In this document: piece by piece, positions 32,651 to 42,796 of the stretch
Layout of the letters: each line of letters opens with the position of its first letter
Numbering within the stretch: position 1 is the first letter of the stretch
IMG/VR virus record: IMGVR_UViG_3300045988_047162
DNA from: a virus
Reading direction: 5' to 3' (one strand)
Length of the DNA: 64,000 nt
Made by a program: the position numbers and the translations under genes
The notes under the pieces: model-generated
Told to the model about the DNA's origin: nothing
Seen by the model: only the letters and a program-made list of their open reading frames with translations
Database searches by the model: none

Positions 32651-32662
32651 GGGAGTGATGTT

Positions 32663-33088
32663 ATGGGCAGGAAGACGAGTGATTCCGGTAATCAGGTTTT
32701 GGAGATTCCTGATGGGAAGTTGGGGCCTGATTTGCCTCCGGCTAACCAGATTTTCCCCAAGGGTGGGGAGTGGTTGCCGTTGGTTGCTCATTGGTATGAG
32801 GAGTATCGGCGTAGTCCGAATGCTTCGATGTTGCGTTCGGCTCCTTCCTGGATGGCTGTCCAGTTGGGTTTCGCGACGATCAATGAGATGCTTTCGACTC
32901 GTCGTTATGCGACGTTGATGCCGGTCGTGCGTCAGTTGTTTGACGAGTTGGGTTGGACTCCGGCTTCGATGCGTGCGTTGAAGTTCGATGTGCCGGAGGC
33001 TGACGACCATGCCGCTTCGGATGGTTCGAATCATGCTGTGATTCAGGATATCGATGCTTGGCGTCGCAAGATCGAGGCGGCTGGCTGA
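32663..33088 (+). CDS. terS: terminase small subunit
   Basis: 141 aa, immediately upstream of and nearly abutting terL. Assigned by position and size. Confidence 0.6.
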   Translation: MGRKTSDSGNQVLEIPDGKLGPDLPPANQIFPKGGEWLPLVAHWYEEYRRSPNASMLRSAPSWMAVQLGFATINEMLSTRRYATLMPVVRQLFDELGWTPASMRALKFDVPEADDHAASDGSNHAVIQDIDAWRRKIEAAG

Positions 33089-33089
33089 C

Positions 33090-34973
33090 ATGCATTTGAT
33101 GATTCCTAACCTGACTTATGAGGATAGGCGTAGGAGTCTTGGACGTTTGGCGTTGTGGTGGGTTGAGACGTTCAGTCTCATCGGTCGCGGCGGTGCGACC
33201 GGTAAGCCTGTCACTCATAGTCCTGAGTATATCCAGTTCTATTTGAACGCCTATGCGTTGAAGCCGAATGGTCGGCGCAGGTTCAATCGTGTGAGCTTGT
33301 GGCGTCCGAAGGGTTGCAACAAGAGTGGTTTGGGTAATGATCTGGCCTTGTTCGAGGCTTTTGGCCCTTGTCGTTTCGACCATTGGGCTAATCCGGGTGA
33401 GACGTATACGTTTCTTGGTCAGACTTACTATTATCTGCCGGGTGAGCCTGTTGGCCGTCCTGTCCAGCGTCCTGAGATTCTGTGTTTGGCTACGTCCGAG
33501 GACCAGTCGGGCAATATCTTCGATTCGATTTACTATAACTGCACTTCCGGCCCGTTGGCCCAGTTGCAGGGTTTCGGCATGGAGGTCACGAAGACCCGTA
33601 TCGGCTTGCCGGAGGGTGGGGAGATTATTCCCACGACTTCCGGTGATGCGTCGAAGGATGGTGGTCTTGAGACTTTCGCGTTGATGGATGAGGTGCATCT
33701 GTATACGCTGCCGAAGCATCATTCGATGTATAAGACGGTTCAGCGTAATCTTCCGAAGCGTTCGTTGGATGCCGACCCTTGGGTGTTGGAGATGACGACG
33801 TATTTCCGTCCTGGTCAGAACAGTGTGGCGGAGAACACGTTGAAGATCGCGGAGGATATTCAGGCTGGCCGTTCCAAGCATTATAAGGGCTTGTATTTCG
33901 ACTATCGGTATTCGACGCTTCCTATCGAGGATTTTCCTGATGAGAAGAAGCTTGAGCACGCGTTGTATGAGTCGTATGGTTCTGCTGCCCATTCGGATGA
34001 TGGTAAGGATTACATCATTCTTCCTGATGGGCGTATCGAGGCCGTTGATGTCGATGGTTATTCGGTTGAGGGGTTCTCTCTTCGTGATGATGGTGTCGAG
34101 CCTGGGCCGTCGAAGGATGGTTGGGTTGACATTCATGGTCTGATGGGGCAGATTTACCAGCCTGATTCGGACCCGAATGATTCGATTCGTTATTATTTGA
34201 ACTCTCGTGCGTCGAGTGAGGATTCGTGGCTTACGGAGCCTGCGATCCAGTCGCATTTGGCTTACAGGGATTTGTATGGCCGTGCTGTCGGCTCGTCGTC
34301 TCGTTTGGATGGGGTCTGGAAGGATTTCATTGACGAGGATGAGGAGATCACGCTTGGGTTCGATGGTTCGATTCGTAATGATTCGACCGCGTTGGTTGGT
34401 TGTCGCGTGTCTGATGGTTTGCTGTTTCTTATCAAGTTGCAGCAGCGGCCTGATAATGCGGACCCTGATTGGCGTGTTGACCGTGATGGTTTCGATGCCG
34501 CCGTGCGTCGTATGTTCGAGAATTACAATGTCATCGGCTGTTTCGCCGATGCGCATTTTTTCGAGTCGATGATTGGCGGCTGGGAGGCTGAGTATGGGCG
34601 TGGCATGAAGGTGTTCGCCCGTGGACAGTCTTCGATGATGAAGTTTTGGACGAATAACTGGTCGCAGGATATGTATCGTGCGTTGCAGTGCGCGCATTCG
34701 TCGTTTGAGTATGCTCCCGAGCCTGTTGAGGAGGGGGAGCCTGACCCGAATAATATTCTTTTGTGTGCCGACCCGCGTCTTGTGTCGCATTTCCGTAATG
34801 CGAAGCGGCGTGAGAAGAGTTGGGGTTATCAGATTCATAAGGAGACGCCTAAGAGTCCGCACAAGATTGATGCGTGCATGGCTGGCGTTTTGGCTTATGC
34901 GGCGCGTGAGAAGTATTTGGGCCAGTTCGAGGATGAGGCTCCGCAGCGGGTGATGCCGCAGCGGGTCTGGTGA
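33090..34973 (+). CDS. terL: terminase large subunit
   Basis: Walker A-like RPKGCNKSG and Walker B-like FALMDEVH. 627 aa. Confidence 0.85.
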   Translation: MHLMIPNLTYEDRRRSLGRLALWWVETFSLIGRGGATGKPVTHSPEYIQFYLNAYALKPNGRRRFNRVSLWRPKGCNKSGLGNDLALFEAFGPCRFDHWANPGETYTFLGQTYYYLPGEPVGRPVQRPEILCLATSEDQSGNIFDSIYYNCTSGPLAQLQGFGMEVTKTRIGLPEGGEIIPTTSGDASKDGGLETFALMDEVHLYTLPKHHSMYKTVQRNLPKRSLDADPWVLEMTTYFRPGQNSVAENTLKIAEDIQAGRSKHYKGLYFDYRYSTLPIEDFPDEKKLEHALYESYGSAAHSDDGKDYIILPDGRIEAVDVDGYSVEGFSLRDDGVEPGPSKDGWVDIHGLMGQIYQPDSDPNDSIRYYLNSRASSEDSWLTEPAIQSHLAYRDLYGRAVGSSSRLDGVWKDFIDEDEEITLGFDGSIRNDSTALVGCRVSDGLLFLIKLQQRPDNADPDWRVDRDGFDAAVRRMFENYNVIGCFADAHFFESMIGGWEAEYGRGMKVFARGQSSMMKFWTNNWSQDMYRALQCAHSSFEYAPEPVEEGEPDPNNILLCADPRLVSHFRNAKRREKSWGYQIHKETPKSPHKIDACMAGVLAYAAREKYLGQFEDEAPQRVMPQRVW

Positions 34974-34988
34974 TTTTGGGGTGTTCGT

Positions 34989-36653
34989 ATGGCTTCCACA
35001 TCTTCTAATATGCAGAGTCTTGTTACTGGTGATGACGAGCCTGATGGTGATGGTTTGGCGTTGACGCGTCTTGCGACGCGTTTGCAGAATCGTATTCCTG
35101 ACCTGTGTGTGTTGAAGACGTTTTATGACGGTCGTGAGACTGTTCCGTTGCAGTCCGTGCCGAAGGCGGCGACCACTACGGCCAGTGCCGTGTATAGGCG
35201 TTTTGTGGATATCTGCCCGTTGAATCTGGCTCATACGATTGCGGATGCGGTAATCACGTCGCAGCATCCTACCGGTTTTCGTCTTGTCGCCGATAAGACG
35301 ATGCGGAGCACGGATGCGGATGACATGTGGGATAAGTGCGGCATGGATGTCCGTTCGTTGAACATGTTCATGGATGCGGCGATTTACGGTGCCGCGTATG
35401 CGATGGTTCTCGGCAAGGAGAATCCTTCGTATATCCAACGGTTGAGTCCGTGGAGCACGGTCGTGTCCGATGACAAGGATTCGGCTGTGGTGTATGGGTG
35501 GTCCGAGGAAGAGCAGATCGAACGGTTGACTTTGTATCGCATCGTCCGTAATGATGACGGTGAGATACAGAGCGTCTATTCGCGTACCGCGAAGCATGAG
35601 GTCAAGTCGCGCACGTTGCCTTCCGATTCGGTCGATGACGAGGATACCGTGTATGACCTTGCCAACGACGATTCGAAGAAGCGCCCGGAGTTCGAGGCGC
35701 AGTTCGAGTGGGAGGGCCAGTCTTCCGGCGATGATTGGAAGTTCGCCATTGATTGCGGTTGTCTTCCTATCGTGCAGTTGACCACTCCTAACGGCAAGGG
35801 CCAGTTCGAGGCTTCCTTGAAGACGTTGAGGTCCATCGACCAGCAGCGTTTTCAACGGTTCTGCATTCAGGAGATGCAGGCGTTCAAGCAGCGTTGGGTG
35901 TCGGGCGACATGCCTGAGTATTACCAGAAGAGCGACCCTGCGGTCAAGGCCGGTAAGGCTCAGGCCGGTGACAAGATCGACTATTCGGAACTGTTCGAGA
36001 TGGGTCCCGCCGCGTTGTGGCTGCTTCCCGCCGATGCGAAGATTGGCGAATCGTCCATTACGGATATCACGCCGATCGTGAATGCGGCCGCTTCCGATGT
36101 GAAGCTTCTGGCAGGTGCCACTGGCACTCCGTTGTCGATTCTTTCGCCTGATGTGGCTGGTTCCGCCGAGGGTGCGAAGCTGACGACTCGTATGCTGCGG
36201 TTGAAGGTCCGCGACATGAACATGAGGGCCAATGACGCTTTCGTGCTCCTGTTGAAGATGGCGTTGACCGCTTCCGGCAGTAATGCTTCGGAGGAGCGTT
36301 TCGAGACGACTTGGGAGCCGTTGGAGCTTCCGTCCGAGTTGGAGCAGTGTCAGGCGGCGGCTCAGGTGAAGGGTGTTCTTCCGTTGAAGACCATCGCCCG
36401 TCGCTATCTGCATATGACCGAGACGGAGATCGCGGAGATGATTCAGGATGCCCAGGATACGAGTTTCCTGAATGCCATGGCGCGGCAGAACGCGGCTTTG
36501 GATTCGTCGGCGAAGCAGACTGATGCGACGGTGAATGATTCGTATCTGGGTGACGGGTCCGGTTTGGATTCGTTCTCCACCGGCTCTGAATCGGATTCGA
36601 TGTCGTCCGATGTGCCGTCGTCGGATGATTCGTCCGACGTTATGGGGGTCTGA
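34989..36653 (+). CDS. portal protein
   Basis: 554 aa directly after terL, with an acidic Ser/Asp-rich C-terminus. Confidence 0.8.
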   Translation: MASTSSNMQSLVTGDDEPDGDGLALTRLATRLQNRIPDLCVLKTFYDGRETVPLQSVPKAATTTASAVYRRFVDICPLNLAHTIADAVITSQHPTGFRLVADKTMRSTDADDMWDKCGMDVRSLNMFMDAAIYGAAYAMVLGKENPSYIQRLSPWSTVVSDDKDSAVVYGWSEEEQIERLTLYRIVRNDDGEIQSVYSRTAKHEVKSRTLPSDSVDDEDTVYDLANDDSKKRPEFEAQFEWEGQSSGDDWKFAIDCGCLPIVQLTTPNGKGQFEASLKTLRSIDQQRFQRFCIQEMQAFKQRWVSGDMPEYYQKSDPAVKAGKAQAGDKIDYSELFEMGPAALWLLPADAKIGESSITDITPIVNAAASDVKLLAGATGTPLSILSPDVAGSAEGAKLTTRMLRLKVRDMNMRANDAFVLLLKMALTASGSNASEERFETTWEPLELPSELEQCQAAAQVKGVLPLKTIARRYLHMTETEIAEMIQDAQDTSFLNAMARQNAALDSSAKQTDATVNDSYLGDGSGLDSFSTGSESDSMSSDVPSSDDSSDVMGV

Positions 36654-37753
36654 TGGCCGATAGCGCGTTGGTTGCCGTCCAGGCGTTGGATGACCAGCGG
36701 TTGAAGCTGGTTGACGAGTTCGTCCGCAGGGCTTGGAACATGTGGCGTAGCCTGACTCCTTCCGACTGGTGGAATGATGCGGTGGCCGAGGGTGCGGCTG
36801 CTTATGTGACGCAGCAGCATATCGCGTTCGTGAAGGCTATGCGCCAGCAGGGCATCTCATATGCGGATACGATGCTGCGTCTGGCCGGTGTGAACGGTTT
36901 GGGGGATATCCCACAATATGAGGTCGTTCGCGCCAACACGGACCCGTGGCAGGTCGCCATGAGGGTCGCGGACGAGTATCGCACTCAGGCCGTGAAGAAT
37001 CCTGGGATTCGACCTGCTACGTGGGATGAGATTCTGAAGGATGCCGACCAGTCCGCCGCCAACCATGTGAAGGCTTGGCTGATGGCCGCGAAGGTCCAAT
37101 TGGATACGAACGCGGTGACCGATGGGTATGTCGCCCAGAATCGCGCCATACAGTCGCGTTACAGGAGTTCCGGTGTCGAACGGTATCGTCGTGTGATTCA
37201 TCCCGAACTGTCGAAGACGGGTTCGTGTGGTTTGTGTGTCGTGGCTGCGACCAACACGTTCACGAGGGCTGATTTGATGCCCATGCACAATCGTTGCAAA
37301 TGTACGGTGGCTCCAATCGTCGGCTCTAACGACCCCGGGTTGAAATTGAACTCGGATGATTTGATGACGATTTACAAGGCCGCTGGCAAAACGTCGGGCC
37401 GTGATTATTCCACGAGCGCGACGGATTTGACGAAGCTTCGCGTGAAGGTCGTCAACAACAGCGAGCTCGGGCCTGTGCTGCTTCGCAAGGATGCTCCGGT
37501 GAACGGGAACGCGCCGGAATGGCATCTGCCTGACATGAGGATGACCCGCGCCCAGATGGAGCGCATGTGCGCCCGTGCGACCGAGTTCAACGCCCGGTAC
37601 AAGGAATTGCTGGATGGTGATAAGGATTCGGTTCAATTCCGTTTCGATGGGCGTTCGTATGAGTTCAAAAAGACAGTCCACACTAAACAGGCTTGGCAGT
37701 ATGTGCGGAGCCTGTTGGCTTATTCTCGCGGTTTTTTGGGACTGGCCGCTTAA
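36653..37753 (+). CDS. MuF/SPP1 gp7-like head morphogenesis protein
   Basis: Follows the portal gene. Contains GSCGLCVVAA...MPMHNRCKCTV, a Cys/His motif typical of the family. Confidence 0.7.
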   Translation: MADSALVAVQALDDQRLKLVDEFVRRAWNMWRSLTPSDWWNDAVAEGAAAYVTQQHIAFVKAMRQQGISYADTMLRLAGVNGLGDIPQYEVVRANTDPWQVAMRVADEYRTQAVKNPGIRPATWDEILKDADQSAANHVKAWLMAAKVQLDTNAVTDGYVAQNRAIQSRYRSSGVERYRRVIHPELSKTGSCGLCVVAATNTFTRADLMPMHNRCKCTVAPIVGSNDPGLKLNSDDLMTIYKAAGKTSGRDYSTSATDLTKLRVKVVNNSELGPVLLRKDAPVNGNAPEWHLPDMRMTRAQMERMCARATEFNARYKELLDGDKDSVQFRFDGRSYEFKKTVHTKQAWQYVRSLLAYSRGFLGLAA

Positions 37754-37774
37754 ATATTAAGGAGATTTGGTCTT

Positions 37775-38359
37775 ATGGCCTCTCAGGATAATGAAGTCGA
37801 ATCCGAAAAGGACAAGACTGTTGGTCAGGCCGGAACGGTCGAGGATGCCGTGAAGGATGCTCAGACCACTCCGGTTGACGAACCCGCCGTCGAGCATGAC
37901 GCTCCGGCTGATGATAAGGGTTCCGATGATTCTTCCAAGCCGTCCGATGGTGACGAGCTTGCCAAATGGAAGGCTATGAGCCGTAAGAACGAAGACCGTG
38001 CTTCGGCCAATTACAAGGCTTTCCAGTCCGCTGATGCGGAGCTTAAGGCCGCGAAGACGCAGATTGCGCGTCTTGAGGCCAAGGCTAAGTATCCGCAGAT
38101 CACGGACGCTGTTCTTTCCGACCTCTGCCCCGCAACGGAGCCGGAGGCCATCGCGTCGTGGGCTGAGAAGTATGCGGCGTACAACCCGATTGACACTTCC
38201 AAGGTGGAGAGGAAACCGCAGCAGACTGAGGATGCTTTGGCCCGCAAGGTAGCCATGCAGGCCGAGTTCCCGTCCGGCACCTCGCATCCGAAACGTCAGC
38301 CGGGCGACGCTTACAAGCGTGTGATGGAACGTCAGAAGGCACGTAAGCGCAGCAAGTAG
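37775..38359 (+). CDS. scaffolding protein
   Basis: Acidic, Ala/Lys/Glu-rich and coiled-coil. Its position upstream of the capsid genes fits. Confidence 0.6.
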   Translation: MASQDNEVESEKDKTVGQAGTVEDAVKDAQTTPVDEPAVEHDAPADDKGSDDSSKPSDGDELAKWKAMSRKNEDRASANYKAFQSADAELKAAKTQIARLEAKAKYPQITDAVLSDLCPATEPEAIASWAEKYAAYNPIDTSKVERKPQQTEDALARKVAMQAEFPSGTSHPKRQPGDAYKRVMERQKARKRSK

Positions 38360-38391
38360 TTTCCTACTGATTCTTTGAAAGGATTGAGCGT

Positions 38392-39015
38392 ATGACTCAA
38401 GAGATGGCTCATTTCTCCGGTATCGTCACCGTTGAGGAGGACAATTCCTGGCGTTATGGCGAGAAGAACACCAATGATTCGGTGTCCGTCACCATCGTGC
38501 CTGAATTGTTCAAGACCGAAGACAACAAGTATCTGACCGGTGTGGGTCCGAAGGCCACGACCGTTTACATTCGTTCCGGCATTCCGCTGGCGAAGATCAC
38601 TTCCGGCGCGAACGTCGGCTCGTATGGTCCGTATGACAAGCAGGCCACCGATGGACGTCAGACCAAGATCGCCGGTCTGCTTGAATCCATGGTGTCCGTG
38701 AACATCAACCTGTCCGGCTGGGATGTGGACGACCCGCTCGTAGGCATGACCTATCGTGGCGACATCGTGGCCTCGAAGCTTCCGGTGAAGCCGGAGGCTG
38801 GTGCCGTGTGGGGCGGCGAGTTCTACGACGTTGAGGATGACGTTGTGAAGCCGTTGTCCGCTTCGGCCGGCGCGGCTGGCACTCCGGGTCCGGCTGGCAA
38901 GGATGGTGCGACCATCACCAAGATCGAATTGACTCAGGACCCGTCGTCCAAGGCCATCACCGCTGGCAAGGCCACTTTGTCCAACGGAAAGACCGTGAAC
39001 ATCACGATTTCCTGA
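38392..39015 (+). CDS. capsid-associated (decoration-like) protein with a short collagen-like stretch
   Basis: Lies between the scaffold and major capsid genes. Contains GAAGTPGPAGKDG followed by an Ig-like-looking C-terminal stretch. Confidence 0.45.
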   Translation: MTQEMAHFSGIVTVEEDNSWRYGEKNTNDSVSVTIVPELFKTEDNKYLTGVGPKATTVYIRSGIPLAKITSGANVGSYGPYDKQATDGRQTKIAGLLESMVSVNINLSGWDVDDPLVGMTYRGDIVASKLPVKPEAGAVWGGEFYDVEDDVVKPLSASAGAAGTPGPAGKDGATITKIELTQDPSSKAITAGKATLSNGKTVNITIS

Positions 39016-39047
39016 TTGACGGTCACTTAACCTCTAAACATTTTGTG

Positions 39048-39073
39048 AAACCCACCCATCGCGGTGGGTTTTT
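39048..39073 (+). terminator. hairpin plus T-run between the decoration-like and capsid genes
   Basis: aaacccacc-catcgc-ggtgggttt followed by ttgcg. Confidence 0.45.
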
Positions 39074-39093
39074 GCGTATCTAAGGAGTTTTTC

Positions 39094-40158
39094 TTGGCTA
39101 TTGACAAGACTATTATCCCGCCGTCCGAGGCGACCGAGGTCGCTCAGGCGGGACATGATTACGTGAACAGCATCCTTCCGTTGTCGAATATTTTCCCGGT
39201 CACCTCCAACGGTGGCGACTGGACCGCTTCGTGGACTCCGGTCATTCCGAAGTCGAAGACCCGTGCGATGAAGCATCGTGCGTTGGATGCCGAGATCGGG
39301 CATACCAAGTCCGAGACCTCGACCGCTGAGATTCATGCCGGCCTGTTGCCGTTGTCCGGTATGGACCATATCTCCGAGCGTGATATCGCCAAGCATCAGG
39401 ACGATACCGCCTATATCCACGATAAGGCCGAGGCGAAGTTCGAGGCTTTGGGCCAGCAGGCCGGTGTGACCGAGGAGTTGGAGCGTTTGCAGTGCTTGGT
39501 GACCGGCAAGGTGGTCATCAAGGAGAACGGCGTCGATGTGACGTATTCGTTCAGGCGTCCGGGCAACCAGCAGGATGTGAAGCCGACCACCACTTGGGAT
39601 AACGACAAGTCGAACCCGTGCGACGACATCGAGGCTTGGGTGAAGATCATGCGCAAGGCTTACGGTCGTAAGCCGCACGCCGTCGCCACAACCGGTGTGG
39701 TCATCGATGCCATGCGTACCAACGAGTTCTTCCGTACGCAGGTGTCCGGCATGGATTTGGAGCATTCGAAGACCAAGCTGTCCCGTCAGAATGTGTTGGA
39801 TGTGCTTCGTACGCAGTCCGGCATCACCGATGTGCTTCTGGTCGATGAGGCTTACGAGGATTTGAAGCTCGACAACACCTTCGATATGGATGCCGATGTC
39901 TCCACCGCGTTCCCGGATAAGACGTTCATTCTGCTTCCGTCGTTCAACGATTCGTCGTTGGGTGCCACCCTGTCCGGTCCTACCGCCGAGGCCCAGAACT
40001 CGGAGTATGAGATCAACAAGAGCGTGAACGATGGTCTCATCGGCGCTATGTTGTCGCATCAGGCTCCGCTGAATTATGACATTTGGGTCAACGGTAATTA
40101 TCTTCCGATTCTGAAGGAGGCCGTCTCGACCTTCAAGGCGGATGTGCTGGGCAAGTAG
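39094..40158 (+). CDS. major capsid protein
   Basis: TTG start after a TAAGGAG RBS. 354 aa in the expected position. Confidence 0.7.
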   Translation: MAIDKTIIPPSEATEVAQAGHDYVNSILPLSNIFPVTSNGGDWTASWTPVIPKSKTRAMKHRALDAEIGHTKSETSTAEIHAGLLPLSGMDHISERDIAKHQDDTAYIHDKAEAKFEALGQQAGVTEELERLQCLVTGKVVIKENGVDVTYSFRRPGNQQDVKPTTTWDNDKSNPCDDIEAWVKIMRKAYGRKPHAVATTGVVIDAMRTNEFFRTQVSGMDLEHSKTKLSRQNVLDVLRTQSGITDVLLVDEAYEDLKLDNTFDMDADVSTAFPDKTFILLPSFNDSSLGATLSGPTAEAQNSEYEINKSVNDGLIGAMLSHQAPLNYDIWVNGNYLPILKEAVSTFKADVLGK

Positions 40159-40186
40159 CCTTCTTGACGCTTAGGGGGTTCCGCTG

Positions 40187-40621
40187 ATGTCGAATGGTGT
40201 TACCGATGCCGTTGACTGGGTGGAATGCTTGGAGCTTCATTGCCTTCCTGATGCGGATGTGTTGAAACGGTATCCGAACGCTTGGCTCACGTACATGTGC
40301 CATCGTGCGGAGACCGTGGCGTCCACTTCGAGCACGAACTGCTTGCCACGGTTGAAGTCCGGCGACCTTGACCTTGAGGATTACGAGTTCGTCATCTGTT
40401 CTATGGTGTGGCGCGTCATCCGCTATTCGGATATCAAGACCGAATCGAACGGCACGTACCAGTTCACTCGTTTCGACCCGCAGGATAATCCGCCAGGCAA
40501 GGATGCGTCGCCGAATCTGTATCTGTCGAAAAGGGAGAAGCAGATTCTGGATGGCTATGCGTCCGGGCGCGGTCCTATCGGCACTGTTGGCGTCGGTGTG
40601 AACCGTATTTATGGAATGTGA
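40187..40621 (+). CDS. head-tail connector protein
   Basis: Assigned by position and size. Confidence 0.5.
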   Translation: MSNGVTDAVDWVECLELHCLPDADVLKRYPNAWLTYMCHRAETVASTSSTNCLPRLKSGDLDLEDYEFVICSMVWRVIRYSDIKTESNGTYQFTRFDPQDNPPGKDASPNLYLSKREKQILDGYASGRGPIGTVGVGVNRIYGM

Positions 40622-41178
40622 TGCCTATGTCTCGTGAAACATGGGATTTGGGTCATCCATACGATAAGTCGGGTTCCGACGTGGTTGCTGAGCATCCTTA
40701 CGAGGATGTGACGGTGCCTTGGGTGAAGCCTGATTCGATTCTGTATCGGGACAAGGTGATCGTCGTGTTGTATACGGTCCGTCGTGGGCCGCATGGGACG
40801 ACGTATGTTCCCGGGAAGGCTTACTGGTGCTGGTGTTCCATCGAGGGGCGCGAGCAGCAGGCTGGCATGTTTTCGATTTCCGGTGCCGAGGATAAGTCGC
40901 CGCAGACTTGGGGTGGTTTGCGTGAGGTCACGCCGTCTCAGGTCGTTGCCGTGGAATGGCATGGCGATATCCATACGGAGGTCTGGTATCAGGGCGACTG
41001 CTATGACGTTGACGGCGCTCCGACGTTCCGTCAGCATGGCGAGGTTCCCCACTATGAGATGCATATCCGGCGTAACGCCGACTATTCGCAGATTCCGGTG
41101 GGGTTGCGTCCGAAGCCTCCTGAACCGGACCCTGACGACCATGTGTGGGGTGAGGCCGATGGCAAGAGTTTTCATTGA
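40621..41178 (+). CDS. head closure / head-tail adaptor protein
   Basis: Assigned by position and size. Start is ATG 40621 (or GTG 40618), overlapping the upstream stop. Confidence 0.5.
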   Translation: MPMSRETWDLGHPYDKSGSDVVAEHPYEDVTVPWVKPDSILYRDKVIVVLYTVRRGPHGTTYVPGKAYWCWCSIEGREQQAGMFSISGAEDKSPQTWGGLREVTPSQVVAVEWHGDIHTEVWYQGDCYDVDGAPTFRQHGEVPHYEMHIRRNADYSQIPVGLRPKPPEPDPDDHVWGEADGKSFH

Positions 41179-41500
41179 CCGTGACCTGAGCACGAAGGTG
41201 GCTGAATGGTTCGGTCCGCAGGCCACGTCGGAGAAGGCCGACGAGGTGCTTGCGGATGCGAGGATGCTCGCCGCCGCGCGTGCGGTTGGCCGTGACCCGG
41301 GTATTCCGGTCGCCAAGGATTTGAGTCTTGAGAAACGCTACCACGGCATCGACACGGATGTGTGTCTTGATGTCGAGGGTCGTGACGGGTCGAACGTGGC
41401 CGTCGAACACGAGTGGGGCGCTTGGAACGAGCAGCGTCACCGTTGGGTCGAGGGACATCATGTGATGCGTGACGCGGCCCGTATGAACGGTGGTGTCTGA
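41159..41500 (+). CDS. tail-completion (HK97 gp10-like) protein
   Basis: Assigned by position and size. Overlaps the upstream gene by 20 nt. Confidence 0.5.
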   Translation: MARVFIDRDLSTKVAEWFGPQATSEKADEVLADARMLAAARAVGRDPGIPVAKDLSLEKRYHGIDTDVCLDVEGRDGSNVAVEHEWGAWNEQRHRWVEGHHVMRDAARMNGGV

Positions 41501-41991
41501 TGCCGCTGATTCAACCCGACTACGAGCGTTACCCGCAGGAACGTCCGATGGTCGATTTCGATTCTCTCGTGTACACGCTTCTCACGGCTGGGTTCACCGG
41601 CAACCCGGACTGGCCCGATGTGCATGTGCTCAACGAGATCGATGTCGATGTGGACACTTGGGCGTCGTTCTCGAACATCGTGCTGTTCCATACGAACGCG
41701 CCGACCATGGCGACCGGCAATCATTCGACCGGTGTGTGGGATTGCGACATTGACATCATCGTCGCCACGAACGATGCGGACCGTTCCTTCCGCTTGGCGC
41801 AGGAAGTGTACCAGCAGATCATGCAATGGCCACGTTACGGGCGTACTGATTCGGGTCGTGTCATTCGGATTGTCGGCAATCCCGGTTTCGGCAAAAGCGC
41901 TGGCGGCAAGCAGGCCACCGGCAAGAAGGTGAAGCAGTATTCCGCTTCCTCGTTCACCGTCCGCGCGGAGGATTCGCTTCGCGTTGGATGA
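41500..41991 (+). CDS. tail terminator-like protein
   Basis: Lies immediately upstream of the major tail gene. ATGA overlap. Confidence 0.5.
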   Translation: MPLIQPDYERYPQERPMVDFDSLVYTLLTAGFTGNPDWPDVHVLNEIDVDVDTWASFSNIVLFHTNAPTMATGNHSTGVWDCDIDIIVATNDADRSFRLAQEVYQQIMQWPRYGRTDSGRVIRIVGNPGFGKSAGGKQATGKKVKQYSASSFTVRAEDSLRVG

Positions 41992-42011
41992 TTTTCCGTT
42001 TTTTCGTTTTC

Positions 42012-42039
42012 AAGCCTCGCCTCGTGCGGGGCTTTTTTT
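42012..42039 (+). terminator. rho-independent terminator/attenuator before the major tail gene
   Basis: aagcctcgc-ctcgt-gcggggctt followed by a T7 run. Confidence 0.6.
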
Positions 42040-42054
42040 GTAAGGAGATATGAG

Positions 42055-42669
42055 ATGGCGTTTAATGATGACGCTACTTTGATTGCCACTTACGGCACTT
42101 TGTTCTACGCTCCGGTCGGCACTCCGCTGCCGAAGGATGGTGCCAAGGCGTTCAAGCTGAACGCTGACACCGTGAAGGTGGACACCACCGCTTCCGACGC
42201 TCCGAACGCCAATCAGGTGTGGACCAATCTGGGGCATACTTCCGCCGACAACAAGATTTCGTTCTCGTTCGACGGCGGCGACGCGACCACGCATAATTCG
42301 TGGGCGCGTAAGAACTTGCGTACCACCTACGCCGATTCGACGTGCACCATCACCGCGAAGTCGTTGCAGTTGGATGGCGACACTCTGAAGCTGATCTACA
42401 ACGGCAGCGAAGAGGATGGCGGCGTTGGTGTGGACATCACCAAGAAGCCACAGACGTTCAGCCTGTTCCTGTTGGCTCAGGAGTCCGCCGACGATGATTC
42501 GGATATCCGTTTCGGCGCTTTGTTCCGCAAGGTTTCCGTGACCTTCGATGGCGGTCCTGATTTCTCTGGCGATGATTTCGTCGAGCAGGGCATGACCGGC
42601 GAGGTCGAGACCGTCGCCGGCAAGAAGCCGATTGTGTTTTTCGAGGCTTCGCAGATGAAGCAGTCCTGA
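42055..42669 (+). CDS. major tail protein
   Basis: 204 aa upstream of the chaperone pair and tape measure. TAAGGAG RBS. Confidence 0.7.
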   Translation: MAFNDDATLIATYGTLFYAPVGTPLPKDGAKAFKLNADTVKVDTTASDAPNANQVWTNLGHTSADNKISFSFDGGDATTHNSWARKNLRTTYADSTCTITAKSLQLDGDTLKLIYNGSEEDGGVGVDITKKPQTFSLFLLAQESADDDSDIRFGALFRKVSVTFDGGPDFSGDDFVEQGMTGEVETVAGKKPIVFFEASQMKQS

Positions 42670-42796
42670 TTCGGACTGTTCCAGTCTTCGTATTGACGCC
42701 GGACCCCTGTTTCTCCTATCCGGGGGTTCCGGTCTTTTCCCGTTCTTCATTGACGGAAGATAGGAGATTTTCAACGCTTTTCAGATAGGAGAAAAC

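Noticed and set aside
32880-36413. 1,177-aa minus-strand ORF across the terminase and portal genes. Similar long antisense ORFs occur at 39034..40059, 43269..45728, 49119..50294, 50787..51896, 51896..53056, 53160..56276 and 61002..62285.
   Set aside because: These are typical high-GC antisense artefacts. Their products are Arg/Leu/His/Pro/Thr-rich low-complexity strings, and they fully overlap plus-strand genes with clear family motifs, RBSs and translational coupling.
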